DNA of 20,000 nucleotides from an uncultured virus (IMG/VR IMGVR_UViG_3300025033_000016) (lineage: Duplodnaviria > Heunggongvirae > Uroviricota > Caudoviricetes). Positions 7,944-15,609 of the stretch are shown piece by piece (position 1 is the first letter of the stretch; each line of letters opens with the position of its first letter). Both the position numbers and the translations under genes were made by a program. The notes beneath the pieces are model-generated. The model worked only from the letters and a program-made list of their open reading frames with translations. It was not told where the DNA came from and did not search any database. The stretch lies in the IMG/VR virus record IMGVR_UViG_3300025033_000016. The stretch is one strand, 5' to 3'.

Positions 7944-8257
7944 TGTTATTAGAGCCTAAACTTATTCGTAGTGGGGGCATAGCAGTCTCCGATCATATAT
8001 TTGACAAGCATTTATTACAGCACTTGCTATATATACATAAAACCTCTTTAAAAGACTACTCTGCCGACGAATTAAGAGAAACTTTGAAGCTATCTACAAA
8101 AGGCGCTACTCCTGTATACAATAACTTCACTCTATTTGCTGGAGATTGGCGACGTAGGCTAGCCGCGCTAGAGCTGCTAGAAGAGCAAATGCCTAAATTT
8201 AAAGCTACTTCAGTTAGAAGCTCACTACGAGATGATTTAATGGTTGACAAGACCTAA
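7928..8257 (+). CDS. Hypothetical protein with RDxLREDL-type tail
   Basis: Ends KATSVRSSLRDDLMVDKT; start at 7928 or 7943. Confidence 0.75.
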   Translation: MFPELMLLEPKLIRSGGIAVSDHIFDKHLLQHLLYIHKTSLKDYSADELRETLKLSTKGATPVYNNFTLFAGDWRRRLAALELLEEQMPKFKATSVRSSLRDDLMVDKT

Positions 8258-8272
8258 AGCATAAGCTAATAT
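8244..8272 (+). promoter_or_regulatory. sigma70-type promoter, leaderless
   Basis: TTGACA-17nt-TAATAT-6nt-ATG(8279). Confidence 0.7.
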
Positions 8273-8278
8273 ACAAAT

Positions 8279-8500
8279 ATGACAGTGCCTTCAGAACGAT
8301 TATTAGCAATAGTAAATGCTAGAAGATTCTTACGAGATCTATTAGATCCTAAGAAAACTCCTAGAGTACCCAAAGAGTATCGTACTAGAGCTTACTGGTG
8401 CTTAAGGCATTTTCCATCTAACTTCGAACTAGTTAGAGCTGAAACACATTTTAATGAAATATTCGAAACACGGGAGATCAAAGATGAAGACGATTACTAA
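8279..8500 (+). CDS. BPSL0761-family-like protein
   Basis: MTxPxER..A...AR.FL..L......PRVP...R..A..CLRHFP pattern, recognised from memory. Confidence 0.7.
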   Translation: MTVPSERLLAIVNARRFLRDLLDPKKTPRVPKEYRTRAYWCLRHFPSNFELVRAETHFNEIFETREIKDEDDY

Positions 8501-8882
8501 ATTGCTATTAACCGCAGGACTATTACTAACCGGAGCTGCTTATGCAGAAATGCCAGCGTATCTAAAAGGCGCTACAGTTACAGTAACGCTAGCTAACGGT
8601 GAAACTCACAGCTTTAAATCAGAAGAGTTTAAGGTTGTACCTAGAATCGCTGTTAAAGCTCCTGTGAGCCCCGTAGTTAAACGAACTCGTTTGTTGCTAG
8701 CGGTAGGCGGCGGTCCTGATGGACTCTCTACAAAGGCCGTAGGAAGCTCTACACAGGTAGAGATGAGAAACAAAGCTGTATGGGGTGTTGGGCTTCAACA
8801 AGAGATCGGCAACGGTTATAGCCTAGGCGTACTCGGTGTATCTAATGGAACTGTCCTAGGAACTGTTGGTAAGGACTTTTAA
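8484..8882 (+). CDS. Secreted beta-rich protein, possibly outer-membrane
   Basis: Start 8484 with GGGAG SD; signal peptide ending AYA-E; Gly-rich alternating beta-strands and terminal Phe (TVGKDF). Confidence 0.7.
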   Translation: MKTITKLLLTAGLLLTGAAYAEMPAYLKGATVTVTLANGETHSFKSEEFKVVPRIAVKAPVSPVVKRTRLLLAVGGGPDGLSTKAVGSSTQVEMRNKAVWGVGLQQEIGNGYSLGVLGVSNGTVLGTVGKDF

Positions 8883-9116
8883 GTGAAGCTCTCAGATTCC
8901 GAAAAGCGTATGTATTTTAACGAGTCCATATACGACTTTATGCTTAGTGAAGCTATGGTTAAAGCTCATATAAAATTAGCTACCAAGCACACTAAAGCTA
9001 AGAATCTGATTAAACGCTTCTTGTTAGAACCTAGCGACTCTGAAAAAGCTAAGCTGCACGGCGAGCTAACAGAGCTTGCTATAGACGCCTACGGAGCTAT
9101 TGCAGATGAGGATTAA
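8883..9116 (+). CDS. Hypothetical protein
   Basis: GTG start right after the previous stop; AAGGA SD; 77 aa. Confidence 0.7.
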   Translation: MKLSDSEKRMYFNESIYDFMLSEAMVKAHIKLATKHTKAKNLIKRFLLEPSDSEKAKLHGELTELAIDAYGAIADED

Positions 9117-9321
9117 AACTGGTACGATAGTAACTTATATAGATGTTGAAGGCAAGACGCGTAAGCTTAAATGTTTACAGCAGCTAGACGGCTTAGTTAA
9201 ATGGCATAAAGCTAAACCAAAGAGCGAGGCGGCTTTATATGAATGCGAAGATGGCCACGTAATACAAATACCTAATGATGCTTGGAGCTTAGTTAAGATC
9301 ATTAACGAGGAATCAATATGA
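9106..9321 (+). CDS. Hypothetical protein
   Basis: ATG 9106 with GGAG SD; ATGA overlap with the next gene. Confidence 0.7.
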   Translation: MRIKTGTIVTYIDVEGKTRKLKCLQQLDGLVKWHKAKPKSEAALYECEDGHVIQIPNDAWSLVKIINEESI

Positions 9322-9584
9322 AAATAGAATCAGCCGCATCACCAATGATTACTGGAGCTAGAGCACAAGAGTCTGCGTTCTCGTCAGGAGATATCAGAGC
9401 ACAGCTTCTAGTAGCCCGCAGCACAGAAGATCTAGAAGTACAAAAGCTTATACTAAAATCGGATAACCCACGCATACTCGTAGCATTAGCTAGTAATACG
9501 CATTTACATCCTGAGATCGAACAGGCACTAGCTAAGTCTAAGTTGCCGGGAGTACTTTCAGCTCTGATTGACAGGCGGGCTTAA
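9318..9584 (+). CDS. Short helical-repeat (LRV/HEAT-like) protein
   Basis: IRAQLLVARST / ILVALASNTHLHPEIEQALAKS / VLSALI periodicity; GAGGA SD. Confidence 0.6.
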   Translation: MKIESAASPMITGARAQESAFSSGDIRAQLLVARSTEDLEVQKLILKSDNPRILVALASNTHLHPEIEQALAKSKLPGVLSALIDRRA

Positions 9585-9586
9585 CA

Positions 9587-10297
9587 ATGCGCTGGTTATT
9601 CTTTTTTCTATTCCTATTTAGCGCTCAAGCTGAAGCTACTATAAAAGTAGCGGTAATAGATACTGGTATTAATTTAGCCATATTAGATAACAAAGAAGCC
9701 AACGGCCTATGCCCTACAGGTCACATAGACTTCACTGGTACTGGGTTGCATGACTCAGATTACCGAGAGCACGGCACTAACATATCAGGGATTATTCATA
9801 AGTTTGCTAGTAATACTAAGTACTGCCAGATCATTTATAAATACTGGAGTGAGCAAGCTACGCCAGCCCAAACCTTAGATTGGATGATACGGTCGATTAG
9901 AGCTGCGGTAGCAGCCAAGGTTGATATTATAAACATCAGTAGCGGTGGGGCTCAGTTTTCATATGCAGAGCGTCTAGCAGTAACTGAAGCCTTAGATCAA
10001 GATATTATTGTAGTAACAGCCGCAGGTAATAGCGGAGCCTTGTTAGCACATTGTACTCCTAACTCAGTATGCCCTACAGAATCTACTTACTACCCAGCTA
10101 TGTATGATTCTAGGATTAAAGTGGTAGGCAGCGCAGATCTATTTGGTAGACCTCACAGCTTCTCTAACAAGGGACCCCTAGTCAATACTTGGGAGATAGG
10201 CAAAGGCGTACAAGGTGCCTACGGGCCTAAGCTATCAGGTACTAGCCAAGCAGCTGCCGTGCATACTGGTAAGCTGATTTTCTCTAAGATACCTTAG
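9587..10297 (+). CDS. Secreted S8 subtilisin-like serine protease
   Basis: Signal peptide (AEA); catalytic Asp VAVIDTG, His HGTNISG, oxyanion Asn AAGNSG, Ser SGTSQAA. Confidence 0.92.
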   Translation: MRWLFFFLFLFSAQAEATIKVAVIDTGINLAILDNKEANGLCPTGHIDFTGTGLHDSDYREHGTNISGIIHKFASNTKYCQIIYKYWSEQATPAQTLDWMIRSIRAAVAAKVDIINISSGGAQFSYAERLAVTEALDQDIIVVTAAGNSGALLAHCTPNSVCPTESTYYPAMYDSRIKVVGSADLFGRPHSFSNKGPLVNTWEIGKGVQGAYGPKLSGTSQAAAVHTGKLIFSKIP

Positions 10298-10330
10298 GGT
10301 ATCCCGGCTCTTCTTTTTTTAATTAATAAC

Positions 10331-10359
10331 TTGCCTTTAGTAATTAGATTGGCTATAAT
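10331..10359 (+). promoter_or_regulatory. sigma70-type promoter, leaderless
   Basis: TTGCCT-17nt-TATAAT-6nt-ATG(10366); T-tract upstream. Confidence 0.75.
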
Positions 10360-10365
10360 ATGAAT

Positions 10366-10689
10366 ATGCACACACAGTTTTTTAAACCTGGAGACATAGT
10401 TAAAGATAACTCAAACCCCGATGAGTTTTTGTACGAGGTAGTTGCATATGATTTAGCCGACTATTGGATGGTAGCTATTCCTTATCCAGAAGCTCCACAT
10501 ACAAAGCCCGATAACTCTCTATCTATTTTAGCTGGGTACTATAAACTAAGCCATGATGTGCAGCCTTATATCGATAACTATGGACCAAACACGAGCTGGC
10601 GTTGGCTAAAGCAGGATTCCGTCACTAAATACGACGGCAGGGCTAAAATCGTACGAGCTGCTTTAAGGGAGGACTTGGCTAGTGAATAA
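10366..10689 (+). CDS. KOW/SH3-like protein with RDxLREDL-type tail; paralog of 12185-12523
   Basis: FKPGDIV start; shares AYDL and LSHDxQPxIDxYG with the 12185 ORF; ends DGRAKIVRAALREDLASE. Confidence 0.8.
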   Translation: MHTQFFKPGDIVKDNSNPDEFLYEVVAYDLADYWMVAIPYPEAPHTKPDNSLSILAGYYKLSHDVQPYIDNYGPNTSWRWLKQDSVTKYDGRAKIVRAALREDLASE

Positions 10690-10852
10690 CTCAATAATTA
10701 GAGAAGCCGCTTACTTTCACGGATATGTATGGCCTAAGCAATTATATACTGGTATAATGTTTTACAAGGGACACAGGATTACTATTGAGCAGTTCAATGC
10801 TGTAGCTGCTATGTTTAAAGGAGAGGCTTGCTTATGGAACCAGTTTTTCTAG
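10682..10852 (+). CDS. Small hypothetical protein (56 aa)
   Basis: GTG 10682 with GGGAGG SD supplied by the upstream gene's R-E-D codons; MNNSIIREAAYFHGYVWPKQLYTG... Confidence 0.6.
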   Translation: MNNSIIREAAYFHGYVWPKQLYTGIMFYKGHRITIEQFNAVAAMFKGEACLWNQFF

Positions 10853-11088
10853 TTTTAGGTACTTATGTTTTAGTAGGGTTATTAGTGTTTATTGGGGCAA
10901 TTGCTTATCAGATTCAAGACTCTAATGAAGTTGATATGGACCTTACATTTTTCATATCTATGTTGTGGCCTGCTACACTTTTGGGAGGCTTAGCTATATT
11001 TATAGGTCAATGGCTAGGCACTAAGCTTAGACACAGAAAACACACTAAAGATAGCACTAAGGTTAGATATAGAGGTAAAGGACTATGA
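10834..11088 (+). CDS. Two-TM membrane protein
   Basis: SD AAGGAGAGG; two hydrophobic helices with LWP motif and basic tail. Confidence 0.75.
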   Translation: MEPVFLVLGTYVLVGLLVFIGAIAYQIQDSNEVDMDLTFFISMLWPATLLGGLAIFIGQWLGTKLRHRKHTKDSTKVRYRGKGL

Positions 11089-11285
11089 ATATAGATAAAA
11101 AAGACTCTTACATAAGATTCTGGTCTTGGGTTTACCGCAAGACGGGTTACTACCACAGAGCTATAGATAGCATAATTCTACATGACATACTGAGAAACTT
11201 AGAAAGCTCTAAGAAACGCATTGATAGTACAGACTTAAGTATAAGCATAGGCTCTTGGCAAGCAGCGAAAGGATTTTACAGATGA
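11085..11285 (+). CDS. Hypothetical protein
   Basis: 66 aa; ATGA overlaps at both ends; AAGGA SD. Confidence 0.65.
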   Translation: MNIDKKDSYIRFWSWVYRKTGYYHRAIDSIILHDILRNLESSKKRIDSTDLSISIGSWQAAKGFYR

Positions 11286-11614
11286 ATAAACTAAACATAG
11301 GCGACAAATTCTGGGTATCGGGCTATTACACCAATGATGACGTAGGCGACGTTACAGAGTTTTAGGTAGTGGACTATTACAGCGACGCTTTCATTAACTC
11401 CAGCTACCTAGCTAAGCCAGCGGGCTCTGATAAGACGCCTAGAGTATTCACCGACTATGGCTCCCTAGATGTTCTAGGAGCTAAGGTATTTAAAAGCCTA
11501 GAATAATTGGAAGCTTACAAAGAAGAGTCTGCGGATTATCACAGACGTAGGGAACTAGCGCTGTCAGTAGCTGAGGAGATCTTCCCTGAAGGTAACTGGG
11601 ATGAGCTTGTATAA
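11282..11614 (+). pseudogene. Interrupted KOW/SH3-like gene with two in-frame stops
   Basis: ATG coupled to the upstream TGA; MNKLNIGDKFWV...TEF*(TAG 11363)VVDYY...KSLE*(TAA 11504)LEAYK...WDELV*(TAA 11612); final stop overlaps the next gene's SD. Confidence 0.65.
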
Positions 11615-11624
11615 GGAGAATAAT

Positions 11625-11891
11625 ATGAAGAATATACAAGTAGGCGATATAGTTAGTTTTAAACACAATCAAACCCTAGGTTATATCGTGGAAATAGACT
11701 TCGAAGATGAGAACGATGAAGGTCTGCTTCCCATAGCCGTAATGCCGCTTTCCTTTGAAGATAGGGACCGTTACATTGAAAGCTGGTGGGAACCTAAACA
11801 CCTTAGAAAAGCCTCGGACTCTGAGATAACTGAGTTCTTAGCTAATTCTCTGCGATATCACTTAATTGAAGACTTTAAGGCTGTAGTATAA
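11625..11891 (+). CDS. KOW/SH3-like protein with degenerate tail
   Basis: SD TAAGGAG; IQVGDIV...GYIVEI...WWEPKHL; ends NSLRYHLIEDFKAVV. Confidence 0.8.
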   Translation: MKNIQVGDIVSFKHNQTLGYIVEIDFEDENDEGLLPIAVMPLSFEDRDRYIESWWEPKHLRKASDSEITEFLANSLRYHLIEDFKAVV

Positions 11892-12149
11892 AACACCGCT
11901 ATTTGGTTGATATTCGCTAGTATTTGGGGTATATGAGCTATCTATGCTACTGATACAGAGTAATCCCCTATATTAGCCCCTACAATGCCTTCTAAGCGCT
12001 CTTCTTCTAGTGAATGACCTTACCCCTTAACCACACATTAAAATGCATTACAGAGCCGTACAGGGCGTCTGGTGGCGAACTAAGGTATGGGCTGTATCCT
12101 AGCTTGGTATTCCCCCCGTTATTTTTTATATTAACCGGGCATTAAGTCC

Positions 12150-12178
12150 TTGCATCTTGGGCTTAACTAGGGTAAGCT
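12150..12178 (+). promoter_or_regulatory. sigma70-type promoter, leaderless
   Basis: TTGCAT-17nt-TAAGCT-6nt-ATG(12185). Confidence 0.65.
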
Positions 12179-12184
12179 GGGTTT

Positions 12185-12523
12185 ATGACTAAAAAGCGGG
12201 AATACAAGTTTAAACCGGGGGATATTATACAAGAGGCGGAGTTTATAGAACTTCCACATAAGCAGTATAAGGTATTAGCTTATGACCTAGAGGATGATAT
12301 GATATTAGCGGTAGCTTGGCCATCGCCGTCTTTGCCAGGACTAGGGCATTCTGGGCTAAGCCACGTGAAACGACTCCGTAGGCTAAGCCACGATATACAA
12401 CCGCACATAGATAAATATGGCAATGCTGATTATACTTGGTTAGCGAACGGGATAACTGAACTATCAGACAACCGCCCTAAACTAGTCAGAGATGCCTTAC
12501 GGGAGGATTTACTAGGTGATTAA
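12185..12523 (+). CDS. KOW/SH3-like protein with RDxLREDL tail
   Basis: YKFKPGDII; ends DNRPKLVRDALREDLLGD. Confidence 0.82.
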   Translation: MTKKREYKFKPGDIIQEAEFIELPHKQYKVLAYDLEDDMILAVAWPSPSLPGLGHSGLSHVKRLRRLSHDIQPHIDKYGNADYTWLANGITELSDNRPKLVRDALREDLLGD

Positions 12524-12761
12524 ATATAAAGTAGGTGATATAGTAACCGCTATATCTTACACTGGCGCTGACTTGTTTAAGATTGCGGCTATATATGAGT
12601 TCAATCCAGAGCCTAACAATTTTACATACGATCTACTTAGAGTATCCCCTAAGCCGGGCCGTGCTGATCGCATCTACAAGACCTACTACGAGATTAAACT
12701 AGCAGATCAGCGGCCTAAGGCCGTTAGGGACTCGCTACGGGAGGATTTAGCTAATGACTAA
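12516..12761 (+). CDS. KOW/SH3-like protein with RDxLREDL tail
   Basis: GTG start with GGGAGG SD; YKVGDIV; ends ADQRPKAVRDSLREDLAND. Confidence 0.82.
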   Translation: MIKYKVGDIVTAISYTGADLFKIAAIYEFNPEPNNFTYDLLRVSPKPGRADRIYKTYYEIKLADQRPKAVRDSLREDLAND

Positions 12762-12972
12762 GTTTAAACCGGGGGATATTGTTAAAGGCAATTATTCTGG
12801 AAAAGAGCAGTTATTTACGGTACTAGATTATGATGCTAGCACAGATACCGTACTGATACAGCTACGTTCTGATACACGAGTGGGTTGGAGAGCAGTTCCA
12901 GAGAGTCTTACCTTAGCAGATCAACGTCATCAAGTAGTTAGGGATGCCTTGAGAAAAGACTTGTTAGACTAG
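12754..12972 (+). CDS. KOW/SH3-like protein with RDxLREDL-type tail
   Basis: GGGAGG SD; FKPGDIV; ends ADQRHQVVRDALRKDLLD. Confidence 0.82.
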   Translation: MTKFKPGDIVKGNYSGKEQLFTVLDYDASTDTVLIQLRSDTRVGWRAVPESLTLADQRHQVVRDALRKDLLD

Positions 12973-13135
12973 CAATATCAGCTATTTGCTATTTATGAAG
13001 GCTATATTTAACGTTTATGTGATAAGGGTTTGATGAAAGTTAAGTAGGTGTTATTATTCTCCAAAATGACGGGAGCGTGATTTTTTGAGTATCGAAACCG
13101 ATCACCACCCAATAACCCCAACCACCCCCCCCCTA

Positions 13136-13236
13136 TGGCACGCTATTTGCAATAGCAATTTATATGCCACCTAACTTGGCACGCTTCTTGCTCCCCCTGC
13201 AATAACTATACCTAAGGAGCTGGCATGGAACTTGCT
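13136..13236. promoter_or_regulatory. Cluster of five sigma54 (-24/-12)-type boxes in alternating orientation
   Basis: + TGGCACGCTATTTGCA (13136-13151); - TGGCATATAAATTGCT (13154-13169); + TGGCACGCTTCTTGCT (13177-13192); - AGGTATAGTTATTGCA (13198-13213); + TGGCATGGAACTTGCT (13221-13236). All have GG-N10-GC spacing. Confidence 0.8.
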
Positions 13237-13279
13237 ACGCGCACGCGTATCCTCTAATATGTAGACCGACCAGATCGCC

Positions 13280-13359
13280 TGTCAAAGAACTATACACTGT
13301 ATAACTTTTAGACACCAAGCATATCACACACTTACAACGAAGCGTCAATAACTTCGACA
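13280..13359. promoter_or_regulatory. Palindromic enhancer-like (UAS) sites
   Basis: TGTCAAAGAACTATACA (13280-13296) and TGTATAACTTTTAGACA (13298-13314), both TGT-N11-ACA; CGTCAATAACTTCGACA (13343-13359). Confidence 0.55.
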
Positions 13360-13384
13360 CCACTAATCCTCCTGCATCCAATGA

Positions 13385-13397
13385 TATCAATGCGTTA
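13385..13397 (+). promoter_or_regulatory. IHF-binding consensus
   Basis: TATCAATGCGTTA matches WATCAANNNNTTR and lies between the palindromes and the sigma54 box. Confidence 0.55.
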
Positions 13398-13402
13398 CGT
13401 GC

Positions 13403-13418
13403 TGGCACGGCATGTGCA
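13403..13418 (+). promoter_or_regulatory. sigma54-type promoter of the small-gene operon
   Basis: TGGCACGGCATGTGCA; predicted +1 near 13429, then GGGAG SD and ATG 13451. Confidence 0.7.
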
Positions 13419-13450
13419 ACGTACTATGATAGAAACGGGAGACATAGAAA

Positions 13451-13591
13451 ATGAAAACAATACTTCTATCAGACAATACAATCGTAATCATGTACAAAGC
13501 TTGGATACTCGTCACAGCTAAAGGGACGCGCAAGGATATTCCTAGACTCACGGAACTAGCGCAAGAGCGTCTACTTGAGGTAGCGGCGTAA
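13451..13591 (+). CDS. Small hypothetical protein (46 aa)
   Basis: GGGAG SD; MKTILLSDNTIVIMYKAW...EVAA; TAATG coupling to the next ORF. Confidence 0.65.
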   Translation: MKTILLSDNTIVIMYKAWILVTAKGTRKDIPRLTELAQERLLEVAA

Positions 13592-13677
13592 TGGCTAAGA
13601 TCGTACGGGTTAAGAAAATAACCATAACTTCACACAACATCCTAGTAAAACTAGGCTACACTGTAGTATACGTATAG
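13591..13677 (+). CDS. Very small hypothetical protein (28 aa)
   Basis: GAGGT SD; MAKIVRVKKITITSHNILVKLGYTVVYV. Confidence 0.55.
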   Translation: MAKIVRVKKITITSHNILVKLGYTVVYV

Positions 13678-13691
13678 GAAAGGAATAGACT

Positions 13692-13895
13692 ATGACATTA
13701 ATGATTCTAATAACTGTAGCCGCTTTGACTTGGTACATTCTAGGGACTCGCAGAGCTTGGTACGACAACGATGGTCTAGTAATGATGATATTCGTAGCCC
13801 TGGCAGTATGGGGTATCGGTAGCTACTTGGTAGACGTACCTAGTATAATGGAAACAGTGGCGAACGTAGCCGCTACAATCGAAGGGAGTAAATAA
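13692..13895 (+). CDS. Two-TM membrane protein
   Basis: AAGGA SD; two hydrophobic helices. Confidence 0.7.
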   Translation: MTLMILITVAALTWYILGTRRAWYDNDGLVMMIFVALAVWGIGSYLVDVPSIMETVANVAATIEGSK

Positions 13896-13897
13896 TC

Positions 13898-14032
13898 ATG
13901 GGTTTAATCTTAACTGTACTAATTGGCTTGATGCTGCTAGGGTATCTAATCGCTGGGAGCGCTGGGGTCTTGACTGTACTCGGCATCTTAGGTCTAGTGT
14001 TCCTAGTATTCATCTATGAGGTGGTATCATGA
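13898..14032 (+). CDS. Small hydrophobic membrane protein (44 aa)
   Basis: GGGAG SD; MGLILTVLIGLMLLGYLIAGSAGVLTVLGILGLVFLVFIYEVVS; ATGA overlap with the next gene. Confidence 0.65.
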   Translation: MGLILTVLIGLMLLGYLIAGSAGVLTVLGILGLVFLVFIYEVVS

Positions 14033-14304
14033 TACATAGACTTCAAACAATCGAGGGGCAAGTATCGTACTACCATAATCAGTTACTACTTAGTATTGTC
14101 GCTATAGAGCGCTTTGGTGTAGCCTTGCTGCAGCCTCAAGACTATGAGGCTTATGAGACGTTGACTAATGAATACGCCAAGACTTGGGAAACTAAGCCGG
14201 ACTCTAAGCCCAAGCTTAGGCAGCTTAGATTCACGGTAGCTAGGCTAAACAGGCTAGTGGATGATATCAGCGGTGATTATCAGAAAAGGACATACAATGA
14301 CTAA
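14029..14304 (+). CDS. Hypothetical protein
   Basis: GAGGTG SD; 91 aa helical. Confidence 0.7.
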   Translation: MIHRLQTIEGQVSYYHNQLLLSIVAIERFGVALLQPQDYEAYETLTNEYAKTWETKPDSKPKLRQLRFTVARLNRLVDDISGDYQKRTYND

Positions 14305-14551
14305 AACAGTACAATCAATTGAAACTAGATACTTAGGTCCCACGAATAGACAAGGTAGCCGTATTAAGGCTTTATACGCCTCTACAGCGATAGTATTACC
14401 TTATGACCATGGTGCTAAGGATACCCATACTAAAGCAGCTACGGCGCTCCTAGAGCGTCTAATAGCTAACGGTGGGGTATCTAACAGCACTACACTAGGG
14501 GTTAGGGTAGCTACTCCCAGGGGATTCATTTATACCCTGATTGAACCTTAA
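14297..14551 (+). CDS. Hypothetical phage protein
   Basis: Start ATG 14297 with AAGGA SD; QSIETRYLGPTNRQGSRIKA is a motif I recall from small phage early proteins. Confidence 0.75.
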   Translation: MTKTVQSIETRYLGPTNRQGSRIKALYASTAIVLPYDHGAKDTHTKAATALLERLIANGGVSNSTTLGVRVATPRGFIYTLIEP

Positions 14552-14718
14552 CGTAACATAAGAGGTCAAATTAGAATTTCACTAGGTCGTTTTAGCCTAA
14601 CGCACTGTATTTATAATGCAGCGCATCAGTGACTAAACCTTGACGTAACGGCTATAATTGACGCTTAGGGCTATAAATAGCGGCGTATCAGTACTAAGAA
14701 AAGAAGGAGAATGACGCA

Positions 14719-14910
14719 ATGCATAAGAGAAAAGACATAACACAGTATAGTGAGGCAGAACTAAGCCTATTAGTATTCAATGACGAGGGTTTGTACAGCA
14801 TTAGGCACCAACCCCAGCTAATTGAGGTATTACATGACTGCTATGAGTTCACCGATGAGCAGCTAGCTACGCTTCAGGGAGACTTAGATGCAGATTTGGA
14901 GTGTAACTAG
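14719..14910 (+). CDS. Small acidic hypothetical protein
   Basis: AAGGAG SD; DITQYSEAELSLLVFNDEGLY; 63 aa. Confidence 0.75.
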   Translation: MHKRKDITQYSEAELSLLVFNDEGLYSIRHQPQLIEVLHDCYEFTDEQLATLQGDLDADLECN

Positions 14911-15342
14911 GGGAATGGGGAGAAATGTGGAGGTCTGTCATTCAGTATCAATTTCAGGGTATTAGTGAGTATCAACTCAGGGTTTATTAGGGTTTACTAA
15001 GTAGTACTATCCTGGTACTCTGGGGCAGCTATTCAAGTCTATTCCTGGCACTGCTTAGGCATATCACAGATACTATGCAGTACTTCTATCAGGGTATTCT
15101 AATATACTCCCTAGACTCTTATATCTTATAGGTGCTTTATGGTTGTTTTATGGATGTTATTTAGTACTATAGCTTCTCTTAGTCTTATGCTTCTATATTA
15201 GTCTATGCTTAGTATATTCTTTAGCTTAGCTTACTTTAGTTTACTTATAGGGTATATTAGTATCATAGCTATTATACCTTACTACAATACTCTTATATAC
15301 CTTAGATATCCTTATAGACTTACCCGCTTGCCCTATACCTGA

Positions 15343-15355
15343 TATCAAGTACTTA
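15343..15355 (+). promoter_or_regulatory. IHF-binding consensus
   Basis: TATCAAGTACTTA matches WATCAANNNNTTR at the end of a long T-rich non-coding tract. Confidence 0.4.
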
Positions 15356-15609
15356 GGAGGATAGGCTTAACTAGGAATATGGCGACTTAAGGGGCAGCGT
15401 TACGAGGCTTTTAAAGGCTCTCTAAGCAAGGCTAAAGATGGCACTAGTAACCCTAGCTTTTAGCTTAGATCGTGGCTTAGAAGGCAGCCTAGAGCGCCTC
15501 ATGGCAAGCTAATAGCCCTGTCAAAGAGTACCGATCTTTAACCAGGCACTAAACGTAACTTTTAATTAAACATAACCATAACTTAATAACACTAGCCTAG
15601 ATATTGTGC

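Noticed and set aside
11363..11506. Stop-codon reassignment (alternative genetic code)
   Set aside because: TAG, TAA and TGA all end well-defined genes here, and long genes are uninterrupted under code 11.
12485..12972. CRISPR array, integron attC sites or DGR repeats behind the recurring motif
   Set aside because: DNA copies differ at synonymous positions, are not palindromic and are irregularly spaced inside coding sequence; no cas, integrase or reverse transcriptase gene is in the window.
14640..14677. Tandem TTGACG...GGCTATAA units as sigma70 promoters
   Set aside because: The -35/-10 spacing is 7-8 nt or 26 nt, not 16-18; a short duplication of unknown meaning.
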